NCBI GenBank assembly: GCA_036172245.1
Contig: JAYWIR010000021.1
Coordinates: forward strand, 1,364,001 to 1,428,000
Reading direction: 5' to 3'
DNA length: 64,000 bases
From: Raillietiella orientalis
Taxonomy: Eukaryota
Shown: positions 24,046 to 36,200 of the stretch, piece after piece
Position numbering within the stretch: position 1 is the stretch's first letter
Layout of the letters: each line of letters starts with the position of its first letter
Translations under genes and position numbers: made by a program
Notes under the pieces: generated by a model
Told to the model about the DNA's origin: nothing
What the model saw: the letters and a program-made list of their open reading frames with translations, nothing else
Databases searched by the model: none

Positions 24046-24288
24046 ATCGCCGTGTCGGAGGCACTCAGCATTGTAGCCCCTCCGAGCCATCTGGGCCTCT
24101 GCCGGAGCCGGGATGCGGTTGCCTGATGGCAGGGCGGAGCCACCCGGAAACCTTCCTGCGAGGTGGAAGCAACGCAGGCCTCCCTCAGCCTCTCCTAGGT
24201 CAGCGGAGTATACCCCGCCGCTCCCCCTGGTCAACCGCTGTAGGAAGCGCGGTTCCTCCTCGATGCGGAGGCCAGAAGGGGACAGCCG

Positions 24289-24302
24289 GTTGCCAAGGCA
24301 AC
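24289..24302. promoter_or_regulatory. RFX X-box GTTGCCAAGGCAAC upstream of P1
   Basis: One mismatch from the GTTGCCATGGCAAC palindrome; ~515 bp upstream of the P1 ATG. Confidence 0.55.
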
Positions 24303-24724
24303 GGGGAGCGCACGCCCTCGCCCTTGCTCCCTCCGCAGCGACGGCGGCGTTGCCGTTTCCATCCGTCCGGCCCTTCCGAGCAGCCGCGAAGGGTCTCCCC
24401 GGAGACTTCCCCATCCACCCCCAGCTGCCGTTGGGGGATGGCCGAAGGCAGACGCTCCCGGAGAAAAATTCCTTCGGTTCCCGGACTCTTCGCGAGCAGA
24501 GTCCGGGAACCGGGCCTTGCAGGAGGACCTCTCCAGAGGCGACCAACGACTCTGGAGCGCGGACTCTCTGGTCTGCTCTTCAGAATCGCCGTGAGGGCAG
24601 ACCTCCCTAGGGGCACCTTCCATACGATGGGGAAGAGGACGTTGCCGGCCACTGTCAGGAGAGGGGGAGGGGAGGGATGCCCGGCGAGCGGTACCGGCGG
24701 TAGGATGGCCGAACCCGTCGGAGG

Positions 24725-24739
24725 GTTGCCCACGGCAAC
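24725..24739. promoter_or_regulatory. RFX X-box GTTGCCCACGGCAAC upstream of P1
   Basis: Two perfect half-sites with a 3-nt spacer, fitting GTNRCC(N0-3)RGYAAC. Confidence 0.5.
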
Positions 24740-25782
24740 GAAAAGCAAGTCCAAGCGAGAGACAGCGCTTCTGCTTCCTGGTTTCGTTTCGCGGAGAGCC
24801 GGCTTCCTCCCGGAAAGGGGATTTCGCGAGGTGCCAGGGTGGGGTGGTGGGAGAAAGGATTGGACGGAGGAGGAGGAAGCGAGGGAAGCGGCCGCCGCAC
24901 TTCCATCGGATCGGTGCACAGTCGCGAGTCTCGATCCGTGTCCCTCCCCCCCTCCCCCCTAGAGGCGAGCCTCCCAAACGTCGACTCCCTGCGGGTCTCC
25001 AGTAGCAGAACGTCAATGACCGCAAACAGGAAAACCCAGCAACGGCAAAGAGGGAAGCAGCCGCCGCAGACGAGACAGCCAGCGGCGGCTGCTGCCAAAA
25101 CAACAGAGACAGTGGCGCCAGCACCCAGGGGAAAGTAGCACTGGAAGAAGAGGCAGAGGCGATCCCTCCGCCCCTTCCCCTCCCCCGACATCGGGAGGGG
25201 CGGAAGGGAGAGCACCAAAGCAATGGGGAAGCGACTTGACGGCTCGTCGACACCACGAGGAGCGCGGGAAGGTCGGGCACAGACTCTGGGGGGCACTGGA
25301 GGAGGAGGAGAGGGGAGACGGGAGGATACTCCGCACTTCGTTGGCAACGGACGTGATCAGGGGGCGAGCGACGCCCTTCGGGTATGAGACCGGCCGGACA
25401 CCTCCTCGGGGACTCGACCGGAGGCAGCGTTCGAAGGAAGGGGTCCTCGTGGTGGATGGCGGAGGTTCTCAGGGAGGGACGCAGAGGTCTCCCGCAGAGG
25501 GAGATGCAAGAGGGAAGTTGGACTACCCCACCCTGCCCTTGATCTTTCGTCCTCCGAGCGGATGCACCACCACCCGCACACCATCACGGCCCCGCAGCTG
25601 CCGCAGCCGCCGCCGTGCGCGCGCGCGCGCGCGGACGACCCGACATCGCGGATTCTTCCCTTCCGCGCGCACGCGCACACTCCTCCTGCCCTCTGGGAGA
25701 CTCGCCGCCGGCCGGCCACAGTCCACTGCGCTCGGGCACACAAAGAGTCACGGTTTGCGGCGATTTTTTCGCGCCTTGGCGG

Positions 25783-25788
25783 TTTATA
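25783..25788 (-). promoter_or_regulatory. TATAAA, candidate P1 promoter (would imply a 5'-UTR intron)
   Basis: TATAAA in GC-rich DNA on the P1 strand, 2 kb upstream of the ATG; an X-box-like GTTGCCACGGGAGAT lies next to it at 25816-25830. Confidence 0.35.
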
Positions 25789-28700
25789 TGTGACCTGGTC
25801 TCTCTGGACGCGCCGGTTGCCACGGGAGATCGGACCACGCGATTGGTCTCGGAACGGTGGGTGTGGGAAGCTCTGCCGTGCTCGCGGGTGGCCGCCACGG
25901 CGGCCAGGCGAGGGAGAGGGAGGGGAGAGGAGGAGGAGAGCAAGAGAGGGAAGGAGGGGGAGGAGCAGGGGAGAGGAGGAGGCCGGAGGGGGCCTCGCAT
26001 GCACCTGACCTTTCCAATAAATCCGAGAGCTGGCTATTTTTAGATCGCCAGTGTTCCACTTTTTGTCTTTCTGGACTGGCACGGAGTTCTCGGCTACTTC
26101 CGCTTTCGGGTCCACGCTCTTTTGCGGACGCCAGCCAACAGATGTCCTTCTCTTCCTCCTCCCTCCCTCCCTTCCTCCTCCTCCTCGCCGGCCGCCTTTC
26201 GTCTCCTCTGTCCTCTGCTCTCTCGGTAGCCATGGAGATCTATCTCGCAAGAGGAGTTCCAGCCGATCCGTCCTGGGAAGGCCAAAAGGCTTCCTTGTCC
26301 ATCTTTCCGCTGTCCTCTCCTGGGATCGGGCGCTCCCCGACTTCATCGTATCCCATCCCAAACCTCCCGTTCGCCGGTGACCTTTCGTCCGTCCTCCTCC
26401 AGCTGCTTGCCTTTTCGATGTTTCCGTTGCTGCCAAGGTCACTGTCTAGAGTCACTCTGCTCTCTCACCTGACAACCAATGTCGCTAGTCCCATGGGAAA
26501 GAATTTGCCTCGAGATCCGGATTGCTCCCCCGAGTTGCGTTCCCGCGGAAACCCCTGACCTCTTCTCCTCCCAAAACGCACGCGGTGACGTGGGCTTTGT
26601 TCGTTCCTTTGCTTTCTTCCCGGATCTTCGAAGATCTCTAGGGTGACCAAGAGTAGGTGGTGGGCAGCGGGTCCCCCATCTTCTTCGCGAGTCATACGAC
26701 GCAAGCGCCGACACGCGCTTGACCACAGAGGAAGTCAAAAAGCCCCTCGGGACGAATGAGGTGGCCCGTTCCTCTGCCTTCCCGCACTGGTACGGAAGCT
26801 GATGAGCGTCCTCCCCTTTGTTTTCTAGCGAACCCTCCATTCTCAGGAATGCAGGGGACTGTGAATCCGTGATGCAGCATCCGGAGTCTCAGTCGCGTCT
26901 CTGCACTATCTATTTGTCAGCCTCTCGTCCTGGAGGCGGTGGACTAAGAAGCTTCCGAAAGTGAAACGCTCCCAGCCGCCCGAGGCTGCAGATTCTCCTG
27001 GGCATCAGAAGTTCCCTCCCCCTTTCGGACGGAGTTCGCATGTAGCAACCCTGCCTCTCGCTGTCACTCGTCTTTCTTGGAGCCTCTGGAGCTTCTGGTT
27101 TCTAGGAGGATAGAAACCTTCCGGAGCCCTCCTCCCAAGATGCCGCGCAGCTTGGAATGGAGATTGGGTGGTCCGGACAACAGCGCACACCCAGAGGAGG
27201 AAAGAAGCAAAAGGTCCGCTGTCCGGGAGGAAGGCTATCTGGCAAGGACCTCTCTGGGACCCGGAATCCTCAGCAAGGGAGTATCACTGCAGGAAGTGGC
27301 TGTAGCGTGAGCTCTCCCGCGAGCCATAATGAGCGAGAGTTGGCGCAAGAACGCTTGAGATGTCGGAGGCGGCAGGAGCTGCGGATCTGGTTGCCCGGCA
27401 ATGTGGGCAGAGAAGGTGCGCAGACTGGTTTCTCTTCTCCGCGTTCACCCAGCCCTGGCCGGCGTCTTTGTCTCCTTTCTTCTGGAGGTACCGGAGGAAC
27501 ATCGCCGTGCCTCAGCATCCTGCCGAGCGGGGCGCGTGGACTCTCCCGCGAGTTCTTCCCTGGGAGAGACGCCACACGCATTGGCAAGGGCCTCGGACAG
27601 GAGCGGGAGGGGGGGAGGTGCCCAGTGACCCATGCTCCACGAAAAAGGGCTATGTGCGCGCTGCACCCTCACGGGAGAAAGGGCCTTTCCTCGTCCAACA
27701 GTCTTCCGGACTCTCGGAAAGGGGATGTGCAGAGCTGGCGGTCCGCGGCCTCAACTGCCGGCGCCAGCGGGCGACAAGCGGCTGCTCCTTTCGGAGGCTC
27801 TTCTGGGGTGGAACAGAGCTCGATGGGGGCTCCGAGGGTCCTGGAAGGCGACCTCGTCAACTTGGGGTTCAGAGAGAAAATACCGGCCACCTTGGGAAAC
27901 TGTCGCTTCCTTCGCCGCGACAAGAGGGTCGAAGGGACGTCGGTGAAGGCGTTGGGATGCCCTAGGGCATCCGCAGGGGTTAAGGGGACTGCGCTGGAGG
28001 GGAACAGACGATTCGTTCGACGGACCACCTCGGCAACTCCACGCGAGGAGAGTGGACGGGGAAACCCGGGAGTGGTGGCGGACGGACGGTCCGAAGCATG
28101 TCGGCGGTGTTGCCAGATAGCTCCCGGAGGGTAGAGACCGCCCGAGTAAGAAGGGGTTTGTTGGCCCCACGTCGGAACAAGCAGCAGCGAGGATGCTCCT
28201 GGACTCCCCCCCTTCTTCGGGAGCGCCAGGCAGTTTCGGGGGAAAGTGCGGACTCCCTTTCCTAGGGCTAGGCTTGCTCTCCTCCAGCGTCTCCGAGCGG
28301 GAGCGGAGGGTCTCTCCCACGAGAGCCAGAAGCCGAGTGGACGCGCTTGTAGGCGAGAAGCAATCCCTGGAGTTTCGGACTGGCGCCGCGAGGAGAGAGG
28401 TGGAGAAGAGGAGGAGGGAGGTGAAGGTCGCTTTGCTTCCAGGGACGCCAGAGGGCGCCGCATCTAGGAGAGGTCGCCCGGGGAGCTCGTCCCAGGGGCT
28501 TTTTCGCGAAGAACTTACGTGCGCCGCGGGACAGAGGAGCAGCGCTTCCTGGGGGCGGCGGCATCTGGTGTCAGTCGTGACGCGGCCGAGCAACGGCCGG
28601 TCCTGCAAGGCATCGACCTCACATTGAGCCTTCCCGAGCCGTTGACCTTCTCCAAGCACGGGAGTCGTCTAAGGGCCGTCTTCCACAACCCCTCCTCTTC

Positions 28701-29384
28701 CCCTTGAAGAACAAACGGCAGCGCCTGTCCATGGGGAAGGCCCTACAGGAGTGCCACCTATCGAGTTGCTTCGAGCTCGCCTTCGTCTGGAACCTCTGAT
28801 GGACTACTCGGAAGGCGAAAGGATGCTTGCGCGATCCTCCACCTCCTAAGGTGTGACCCCGGTTCGATCCTTCCGCTTCCCTCTCAGGAGTCTCTTTCGA
28901 AGCGGCGAGGGAACCCGCCGAACGGGGCGCGTCCTCTGCCGTGGTTGCGTCCCACAGGCTCGGGTCGCGGCGCTGCCTCCAGCGGGCCCACAGCTCCCTC
29001 TCAGGGGCGTCACCGGGGAGGGAGGCGTCAGCCAGCAGACTTCCCCTCCATCTCCCGGAAGGCGGAAGTGGCGGAAAAGACCGAAGCCGTCCCCTCGCTT
29101 TGCTGACCGAGCCAAGTCCTCTAGGGGCCATGGCCGCTCCTACTCGCGCCCTCAAGGACATCCCCAAATCTTATATTCGGCTCAGTCTGCGTCTATTTTC
29201 TCTCTCTCTCTGCCTTTTTCTCTTTTTTCTATTTTTCTATTTTTGTGACGCACACGTGGTGGGAGCTCCTGCGTTCCAACGGCGCGGAGGAGGGATCGAC
29301 CGGAAGCCGCCGCCTCCGGGAGCCGCACCTCTTCTGCCGACACCGGCCGCTGGGTGGGTAGGGGATCGCCCGCTCCAAGAGACG

Positions 29385-32300
29385 TCAGTCAGAGAACAGG
29401 CAGTCGCCGTTTGACCTCTGAAGCGTGGAGCAGTCTCCCTGAGACACCATCTCGACCTTCTTGAGCAGCTCACGGAACAGTCTGGCACACTTGGAGAGGA
29501 ACTCCATCTTCGTCATCCTGGAATGCAAGGGAGCCGTGGATCAGAGGGATAAGGAGGGGATCCGAGGCTCACAATAAAGGGGGGAAGGAACCGTGGGAGC
29601 GGAGGTAGTGGAATCTTGGAGGTTCGAAAAGGACGCAGCCTCCGGCTGGCAGGTTCCTCGTATCGGGGGCGGCATTCCCGGAGGATCAGAAAGGAGGAGG
29701 GAACCCGGATCGGCTTCTAGGAGAAAGATCTGAAACCACGGAGAGCGAGCGTTCCGGGTGTGATGGTTGTCAGGGAGACAGCTGCTGCACTGTCCTCCTC
29801 CTCCAGCAGGGAAACTCCTCTCTATCTCCCTCCTCTGACCAGAAACGGTCCAGCAGGGATTGCCCGGTCCGGAGGGAGGGAAGGGGTGGTTGGCGGGTGC
29901 GCGGCGCTTCCGATCCGCCAGACGGGCGGCATTACGGGCGAACCCATTACGGGAGGGGAGGAAGGAAAGTTGGCGCGTTGGAAGGGTTCCAGAGACCCCC
30001 TGGAAGGCGAACGCGGGGATCATCAGGAAGCTTGCACTCTCGGAAAGGCGTGTGCGGAGCGGAAAAAAGGGGTAAGGGAGAAGGAGAACTCCCTCATAAC
30101 TGCCTGGGCGAGTTCTTCCACTCTCAATCCTTCCATCCCTCCAACTTCGAAGCCGAAGGAGTTGGTCTGGTCGTCCTCGTCCTTTAGGATCCTTTCTGCC
30201 TTCAAGAGCCTCTCTCGTTCGGGGCGGTTCTCGTCTTCTAGCAACGGAAAGGGGAAGAAGGGTCGGAAGATCTATCCTTGCGCCTCTGGTTGTCTAATGT
30301 GCGGCTGCGGAGGGGTCCCAGGCGCGGTTCCTCCCAGCGGCAGGAGGAAGGGAGCCATTGCTTCTGCAAGGGGGGGAGGATCTCTCAGCCTCCTCCCTTG
30401 AGGACCCTCCCGAAGTGCCAGGCGAGGCGGGTTCTCAAGGGGCAGCCTTGCGGAACAGCAGTCACTAGCACAGTCTGGGAGCAGGCAGTCTGGAGCGTGG
30501 GAGGCGTCGGCCCCTCGATTTCCTGTTCCCCTCTCCTTTTCCCTCGGGGTGGAAACCCGACTGAAAGAATGAAGTGGGAGAGGGCCATGCGAGCAAAGCC
30601 CTTGCGTGCCCCCACGCCGAACCGCACCACGGAGCACGGCAGCAGCCCAGGAGCTCACCGTTGCCGGCGAAACAGGCAGCACGAGGGGACCGTTCCGCGG
30701 TTCCGCGCAAGCCAGAGGGCAAGAGAGTCTTCGTGGCCCGGAGAAGGGCTCGACGGTGATTTCTCCCTCTTCACGCTCTCGGAGGGTTCCTCCCACCCCC
30801 ACGGCTGTGGAAACGCGGAGGTCCTGAGCGTCCCAGAAGAAGAGCAACGGCTTCTTCCCGAGTTTCTTCGCGCTCTCATCGATCTCTCCAGAGACCTCTG
30901 GAGGCGCCCTCAATGCCTCCTGGGTCATTTCCTGCATTCCGAAGTGCGGCAACTCCCCTTTCGACTCAGCCGGGAGATCCATTCGCTCCCTCTCAGAGCC
31001 GCTCCCTCCGACGACCCCATCCCTCGGCCACCCACCCCTTCTTTAGCATCCCGCATGTCCGCGGAGATTTCGAGACCGCTCCCCTCCTTCCGCGATCCAG
31101 AAGGGGACCATCCCCCTCACCCGAGGACGGGTGAGAACGAAAAGCTCGCCACGCCAAGCGATCTGGCCGCTACCGTACCCTTCCTTCCGCAGGTGCACAA
31201 GGGGAAGAAAGGGTGAGAGAGGGGCCGACCTCTGACCCACTCGTCAGGGGAGGGTTCTTCCTCGAGGGCTGCGAGATCCAACGCTTCTGCGCCCTCTGTC
31301 TGGACGCCTGCAGGGTCAGCCCAGACCGGAGGTGGCGACTGCTGCCGAACCGCTCATTCCTTCTCCGTCGGCTCGCCCTACGACCTATTCAGGAAGCAGA
31401 AGAGTGCTCGAAGACCTCTCCCTTCCCACACTCACTCGAGGGTTTCCCCCCGTTTCTTCAGGAAGGGATCCCCTCCGCTTCTGAGGAAGGGAAGTCCTCA
31501 ATGCGAAGGGGTCACCCCCCTCCTCTGGCTGGGAGCGACCCCTGAGTCTGGGCCCTGGCCTCGCGATCCCGGAGACATCCCTCCCTCCTCCTGCGATCGA
31601 TGGAGCGGCTTCCCTCGGAACCTTCGCGCCATCCTCCTCCTCTGGATCTCTCCCTTCTACTCCGGAACGCACCCGGAGAACTCGGGAGCGTCCGTGCGTC
31701 CTTTTCCTCCCGGATTTCGCTTTCCCGGAGGCGTCCCCCTCCTCCGTCCCTCGGGGCGCCTGACCAGATGCTGGAATTCAGAGACATTTCCTCCTGAACT
31801 CCTGCGACGGCTGTCAGTCGGGTTCCTAGCCGCTGCTCATCGTCGGCGAGCTCCTGCTGCTCCGCGGCGACCCGGTGGTGGGGGAGGATGGCAGCGAGGC
31901 CTTGCGGACGGTCCATGCCTGCCTCCCATTTCCACGAGAGGGAGCGCTTCCCGTTCAGGGAAGCCTCCCCCTCCCCCTCGCCGCGTGCTGTCGGAGCCTC
32001 GGGTTGTGCCCCCTCTCCCACCACATCCGGCGAGGGGCGCGCCCTGAGGTCGGTCGCTCCCACTCAGCGGCGGCTCGCCACTCTCAGGAGCGGCCGTCGA
32101 GAGCGAGAGGGGGAGTAAAGGTAGCTGCTGCTGCTGCTGCTTCTCCCCCACGTCCTTCTAGTGCGCGGAGAGAAGCGGGAAGAGAAAGGAGAATGGAGGA
32201 AAAGAGCAGCGGGAAGAAGAAGAGTAACTAGGAGGAAAGGGGCAGGATCTGCCGTCTTCCCACCCCCCTAGGCGACCCCTTCTCACCTGTACAGCCGGTC

Positions 32301-32720
32301 GACGGCATTGTTCATGAGCCGCGTGCTGTTGACGTAGACCTCTGCCCTGCTGGGGTCCGTGCACATCATCCTCTGCAGACACTCGTAGTTCTTGGTGTAG
32401 GCGCCCAAGGCATACGTCGCTGTCCACTTGAGGTTCTTGTTCAGCTCTCTGAGTTGCTCTTGATTTCCACCCCAGTTCTGCCTTCCGGCAATGGCTCCGA
32501 GGCCTCCGAGGCCTCCGGTGCCTCCGCCGAAGAGCACCATGAAGAGCAGCGCAATTAGCTGCGTTGGCTTCACTACCAGCAACTCGCTGAAGGGCAAGTT
32601 TGTGTCCACCTGTCTGCCGCTCTCCTGTGCGAGGGGAACCGCCTCTCGGACCCCCGCGGCCCCACAGAAGGCGGCCAGGGAAACCACAAAGACGAGGACT
32701 GCCTCCTTTGTCAAGGTCAT
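29385..32720 (-). CDS. Small secreted Cys protein, family paralogue P2 (188 aa; exons 32720-32287, 29517-29385; 2.77-kb intron)
   Basis: Signal peptide MTLTKEAVLVFVVSLAAFCGAAG; GRQ, FSELL, hydrophobic Gly-rich segment, AGRQ, WTATY, CLQRMMCTDP; phase-2 GTGAGA donor. The matching phase-2 exon follows TTCCAG and reads MTKMEFLSKCARLFRELLKKVEMVSQGDCSTLQRSNGDCLFSD*, resembling the P1/P4 last exons. AATATA on the minus strand at 29172-29177. The exon-2 assignment is inferred. Confidence 0.8.
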
Positions 32721-33218
32721 CCTCCTTTTGGCAAAGCTGAATCTGGAAGTAGGGGGTGGGTAGATGGGAAGCGAAGAATCCAGGCTCCTGGTGGGTTTGG
32801 TGGTTATGGTTGTAGTGGAGGCAAAAGGGTCGCTTTCGCGTCTGCGGTGGCGGGGAAGCAGCTGGTCGAGGGAGGAGGAGGACGGGCGTTTCCGTTCTTC
32901 CATCCCTCCTCGAGAAGACGAGGGACGGGAAGAACGCGAGGTAGCCAAGCGTTTGGAATCAGGATGGGGGTGACCAGGGGAGAGAGGGGTCACTCACCAG
33001 GAAGCGCAGGTCTCTCGTTCACCACGGGTAGGGCTCCTTCCTTTGTATGCAGCGTGCGATGCTGAAAGCGAGCGGGGAAGGCGTGCGCCAAGAAGTCACT
33101 CCCTGAGAAGCACGGGATCGCAGAATCGTTACTACGGTGACTGGCTCGGGTTACCGGGAGGGACAATGACGGAAAACATGGCACTCTTCGTTCTAAACAG
33201 TTACTTGACCCGTGAAGC

Positions 33219-33226
33219 TTTTTATA
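33219..33226 (-). promoter_or_regulatory. TATA box (TATAAAAA) of P2; 5'-UTR intron at 32743-32997
   Basis: TATAAAAA, then a CTG|GTGAGT donor at 32997 and a CTTCCAG| acceptor 22 nt before the ATG. Confidence 0.65.
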
Positions 33227-36200
33227 CGCGCACATGAAGCAGAAGCGGCGGAGGTTCCGCTCTTCCGCATCTTCACGCTGCTCCTACAACTTATTTTTTT
33301 TTTCCTCTTCTCGAATCTTTTTTTCCTTCTTCGCGCTTGGACGTTCCCATTTTTTTCCGGCTTCCCTTCGCGTTTTTGGCCCTGCGGGAGCTCTTGATTG
33401 GACGCCAGGGCCGGTGGTATTCAGGCCTTGTTTTTTTTCCCATCTCTTCTTCGTCTCTTCTGGAGGCAGCACCAGCAACGGACATTGTGAGCCTCCGGAA
33501 GTGCAAACGGAGTGAAAGGCGACTGCACCACTTTCCTCCCTCAGATGCCCGCGACATCCCTCGAGCGTTCTTTTTTCTTCCTCTTCTTTTTTTTTTCTTT
33601 TTTGCCGTCCGCCGAGAAGATGCGGGCGGTGGACCCGCTGGGAAGGCCGGCGAAGCGGAGGGGTAGGCACCTTCTGCGGGATGAACGGGGAAGAAGAAGG
33701 TGAGATTCAGGCCTTCCTCAAGGGCGACGGTCACTCCCTGCCCCGCCGCCGAGAAAGGTCGCGTCTCCCTCAGTCTGCGTCTCGATAGATGCCCTGCGGG
33801 CGCTTCCCCCGAAGACTGCACTCCCAGTATCCCAGGATCGGGAAATCACTGCAGGGAAATTTTCCGCCTCAGAGCTGGGGAAGGGAGGCGGTTTTGCAAT
33901 GCTGGGTCAGAGGTCTCCTCTGAGTCCGATCCGAAGGTAGACGAGAGTAGAAAAGGTCAGGAAAGTCGTCCGTCGGACTTGCTGGGGGACGTTCGGCACC
34001 CCAGATGCGCTTTTCTTCGCCGTCCTCCGCCCCTTCTTGCGACTGCGAATGGCCCGAGAGGTCTGCGTCAACCGCTTCCAGGACGGTGCCTCCCAGTATC
34101 CCTTGGGGAGAAGGAGAACCCACGGAAAGTGTCATCCGGGTATCCCCCAAGAGGAGGGCAAGGCTCCAGAGCACCCGGGACCAGCAAACGCCACCGGTGC
34201 TGAAGAACGTCCGACAGCGAGGATCGTTGTGGTTCAGAAGGCATGGAAGCTGCCCCTGAAGGCAAAGCGGAAGGAAGATGGAAAGAAACGAGGAAGACTC
34301 GAAGCGAAAGGGGAAGAGGCTCCATGGGCTCGCAACGCCTACTCGTCTCCGACCCTTGTCCTGCACCTCGCACGCCCATGCTGCCGACAAGCGGATTCTC
34401 ACCGTTTGCGCCGAGAAACCTCTCCTTATCCTACTCCGACCTCATCCCTCCTTTCCTCATCCATCCCCTCCCCATCTTACTTCGACCCAATCCCTCCTTT
34501 TCCTCCCATCGGGGTCCTCCTTTGAAACCGCCGAACCTCCGAACTCCGGACTGACGAGACCGGGCGGCGCCCCCGACTCACCAGGAACAGCTGCGGGCGA
34601 GCGCGCGCTGGTGTCACCTTGAGGCCTGTCCACTTCTTACCTACGCGGTTCAGACTGGGGTGGAGTGAGTCCACGCAGGAGGGACCGTAACAAAGCGGAA
34701 CTCCCGGCGTTCCCCTTCCCAGATGAAGTCCGGAAAAGAAGAGTGATACCTCTCCCCTCAATATCCCCGTCCCCATCGAGCACCCCCGTTCTTCTGCGGG
34801 CTTTGGCAGCCACTTCCGGTTGCGTCATTCTCCTCGAGGACTGTACATTGAACCCTTTTGACCATCCCTATTCTCGGCCCTCTCTCCTCTTCTCCAGCCA
34901 TTGCTCCAGTGATCCCGGGGACCCTCCCTACCGCCGGGAACCTGGACTGAAGAAGAAGAGGAGGAGGAGGAGGCTGGGTGGAGAAGCAGGAGTCGCATCA
35001 GAGCACTCAGGAAGAACAAGGGGGAGGGGCAATGCCTCCCTTCAGCTCCTCAGGACAAGCTCCTCCTTCCCTCCTGCCTCCGGGAGGAGTCTGTCCGGGA
35101 TGACGGGGCTTCACGAGCGGGAGTCCTCCACGAGGATCCCAGGGGGTATCCACATCCTTGGGAATTGGGAAGCTCCGTTTCTGTAGGGGGACGTTCGAAT
35201 GGGGAGTCTTCGGTGGTCGGGATGTCTGGTGCCGTGGTAAGTGGCGGCGGAGGTGGGTGCGGCCTAGGGACGGCATTTCTGACTCCGAGCCGGGTGCCGT
35301 CCCCGCTCGCACCGCCCAGACGGCGCGCGTCCTGCGTGACTCCCGAAAGAATCAAGAGCCAATCAGGAGTGAGCCTGCCCGGGGCGTGCCAAATCGAATG
35401 CAGACTTCCTCGATTTCAAGGAGGGTCCATGAACTCCGACCTCTGTCGTCCATTCGGCAGATGTAGGGGGCCACGCTCCGACTTTCCGGAAGCGGTTGGC
35501 TCTGACTGGCCCCTCAGACCGGAGAGCGGCGGTCCTCTGGTTGGCTCCGGCGCGCTCTAGCACTCGGGAACTTCCCGGGTCTCGTCGGGTATACTGAGGC
35601 TCGACGACGTACCGAACTCTTGTCAGCCTCCACTCCTCCCCTCGGGGTGCAGTTGCATAGTCACAACGCTGGCTCCCTACGTCACGTGTGCCACCCTTTC
35701 TCTTCCGACAGCCTGGTCGTTCCCAGGAGGCGCCGACCCCCACCTGCCGGAGGTAGTGGAAATGGGACCCAGAGTCCGCGAGGGAATGTATTATCCCTGG
35801 AGAAAGGGGGATGGGAGCTCGTCTGGACCCTCTCCTCCCTCTCTCCGTCCCAGAAGGGGGTCCGCCAGAGGTCCACCCACCGCCATCCGAGCGCTTGCTG
35901 GCGGTGCAAGGACCCAGGACGGCGGAACCAGGACTGGCGAGCACTCGCCCCATTCGGAGAAAGGGCGTTTCCTCTTTTGGAGAGGCGTGGGGGCTGCTCC
36001 TTCCTCCTTCCTGGTTGCGCGCGCACGCCGAGTGGAAGGTCTCCCAACGCGCAGGTCTTTCCGTGATCCTCCCTAGTGCCGCGGTCTGCTGGGTCCGATA
36101 CCCCCGCGAGAGGTCTCCGCCTGCGGGAAGAATTCCAAACCATCTCCCCTTTCCCACTCCCCATCCTTTTGGGAGGGACTGAAGCCGCCGCTGCAAGAAC

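Noticed and set aside
27955..27972. 18-bp perfect palindrome GGATGCCCTAGGGCATCC
   Set aside because: Isolated and short, with no associated feature
28518..28703. Minus-strand exon-like segment with WKTALRRLPCLEKVNG, resembling an LRR C-cap
   Set aside because: No adjacent leucine-rich-repeat exons found; the similarity is too short
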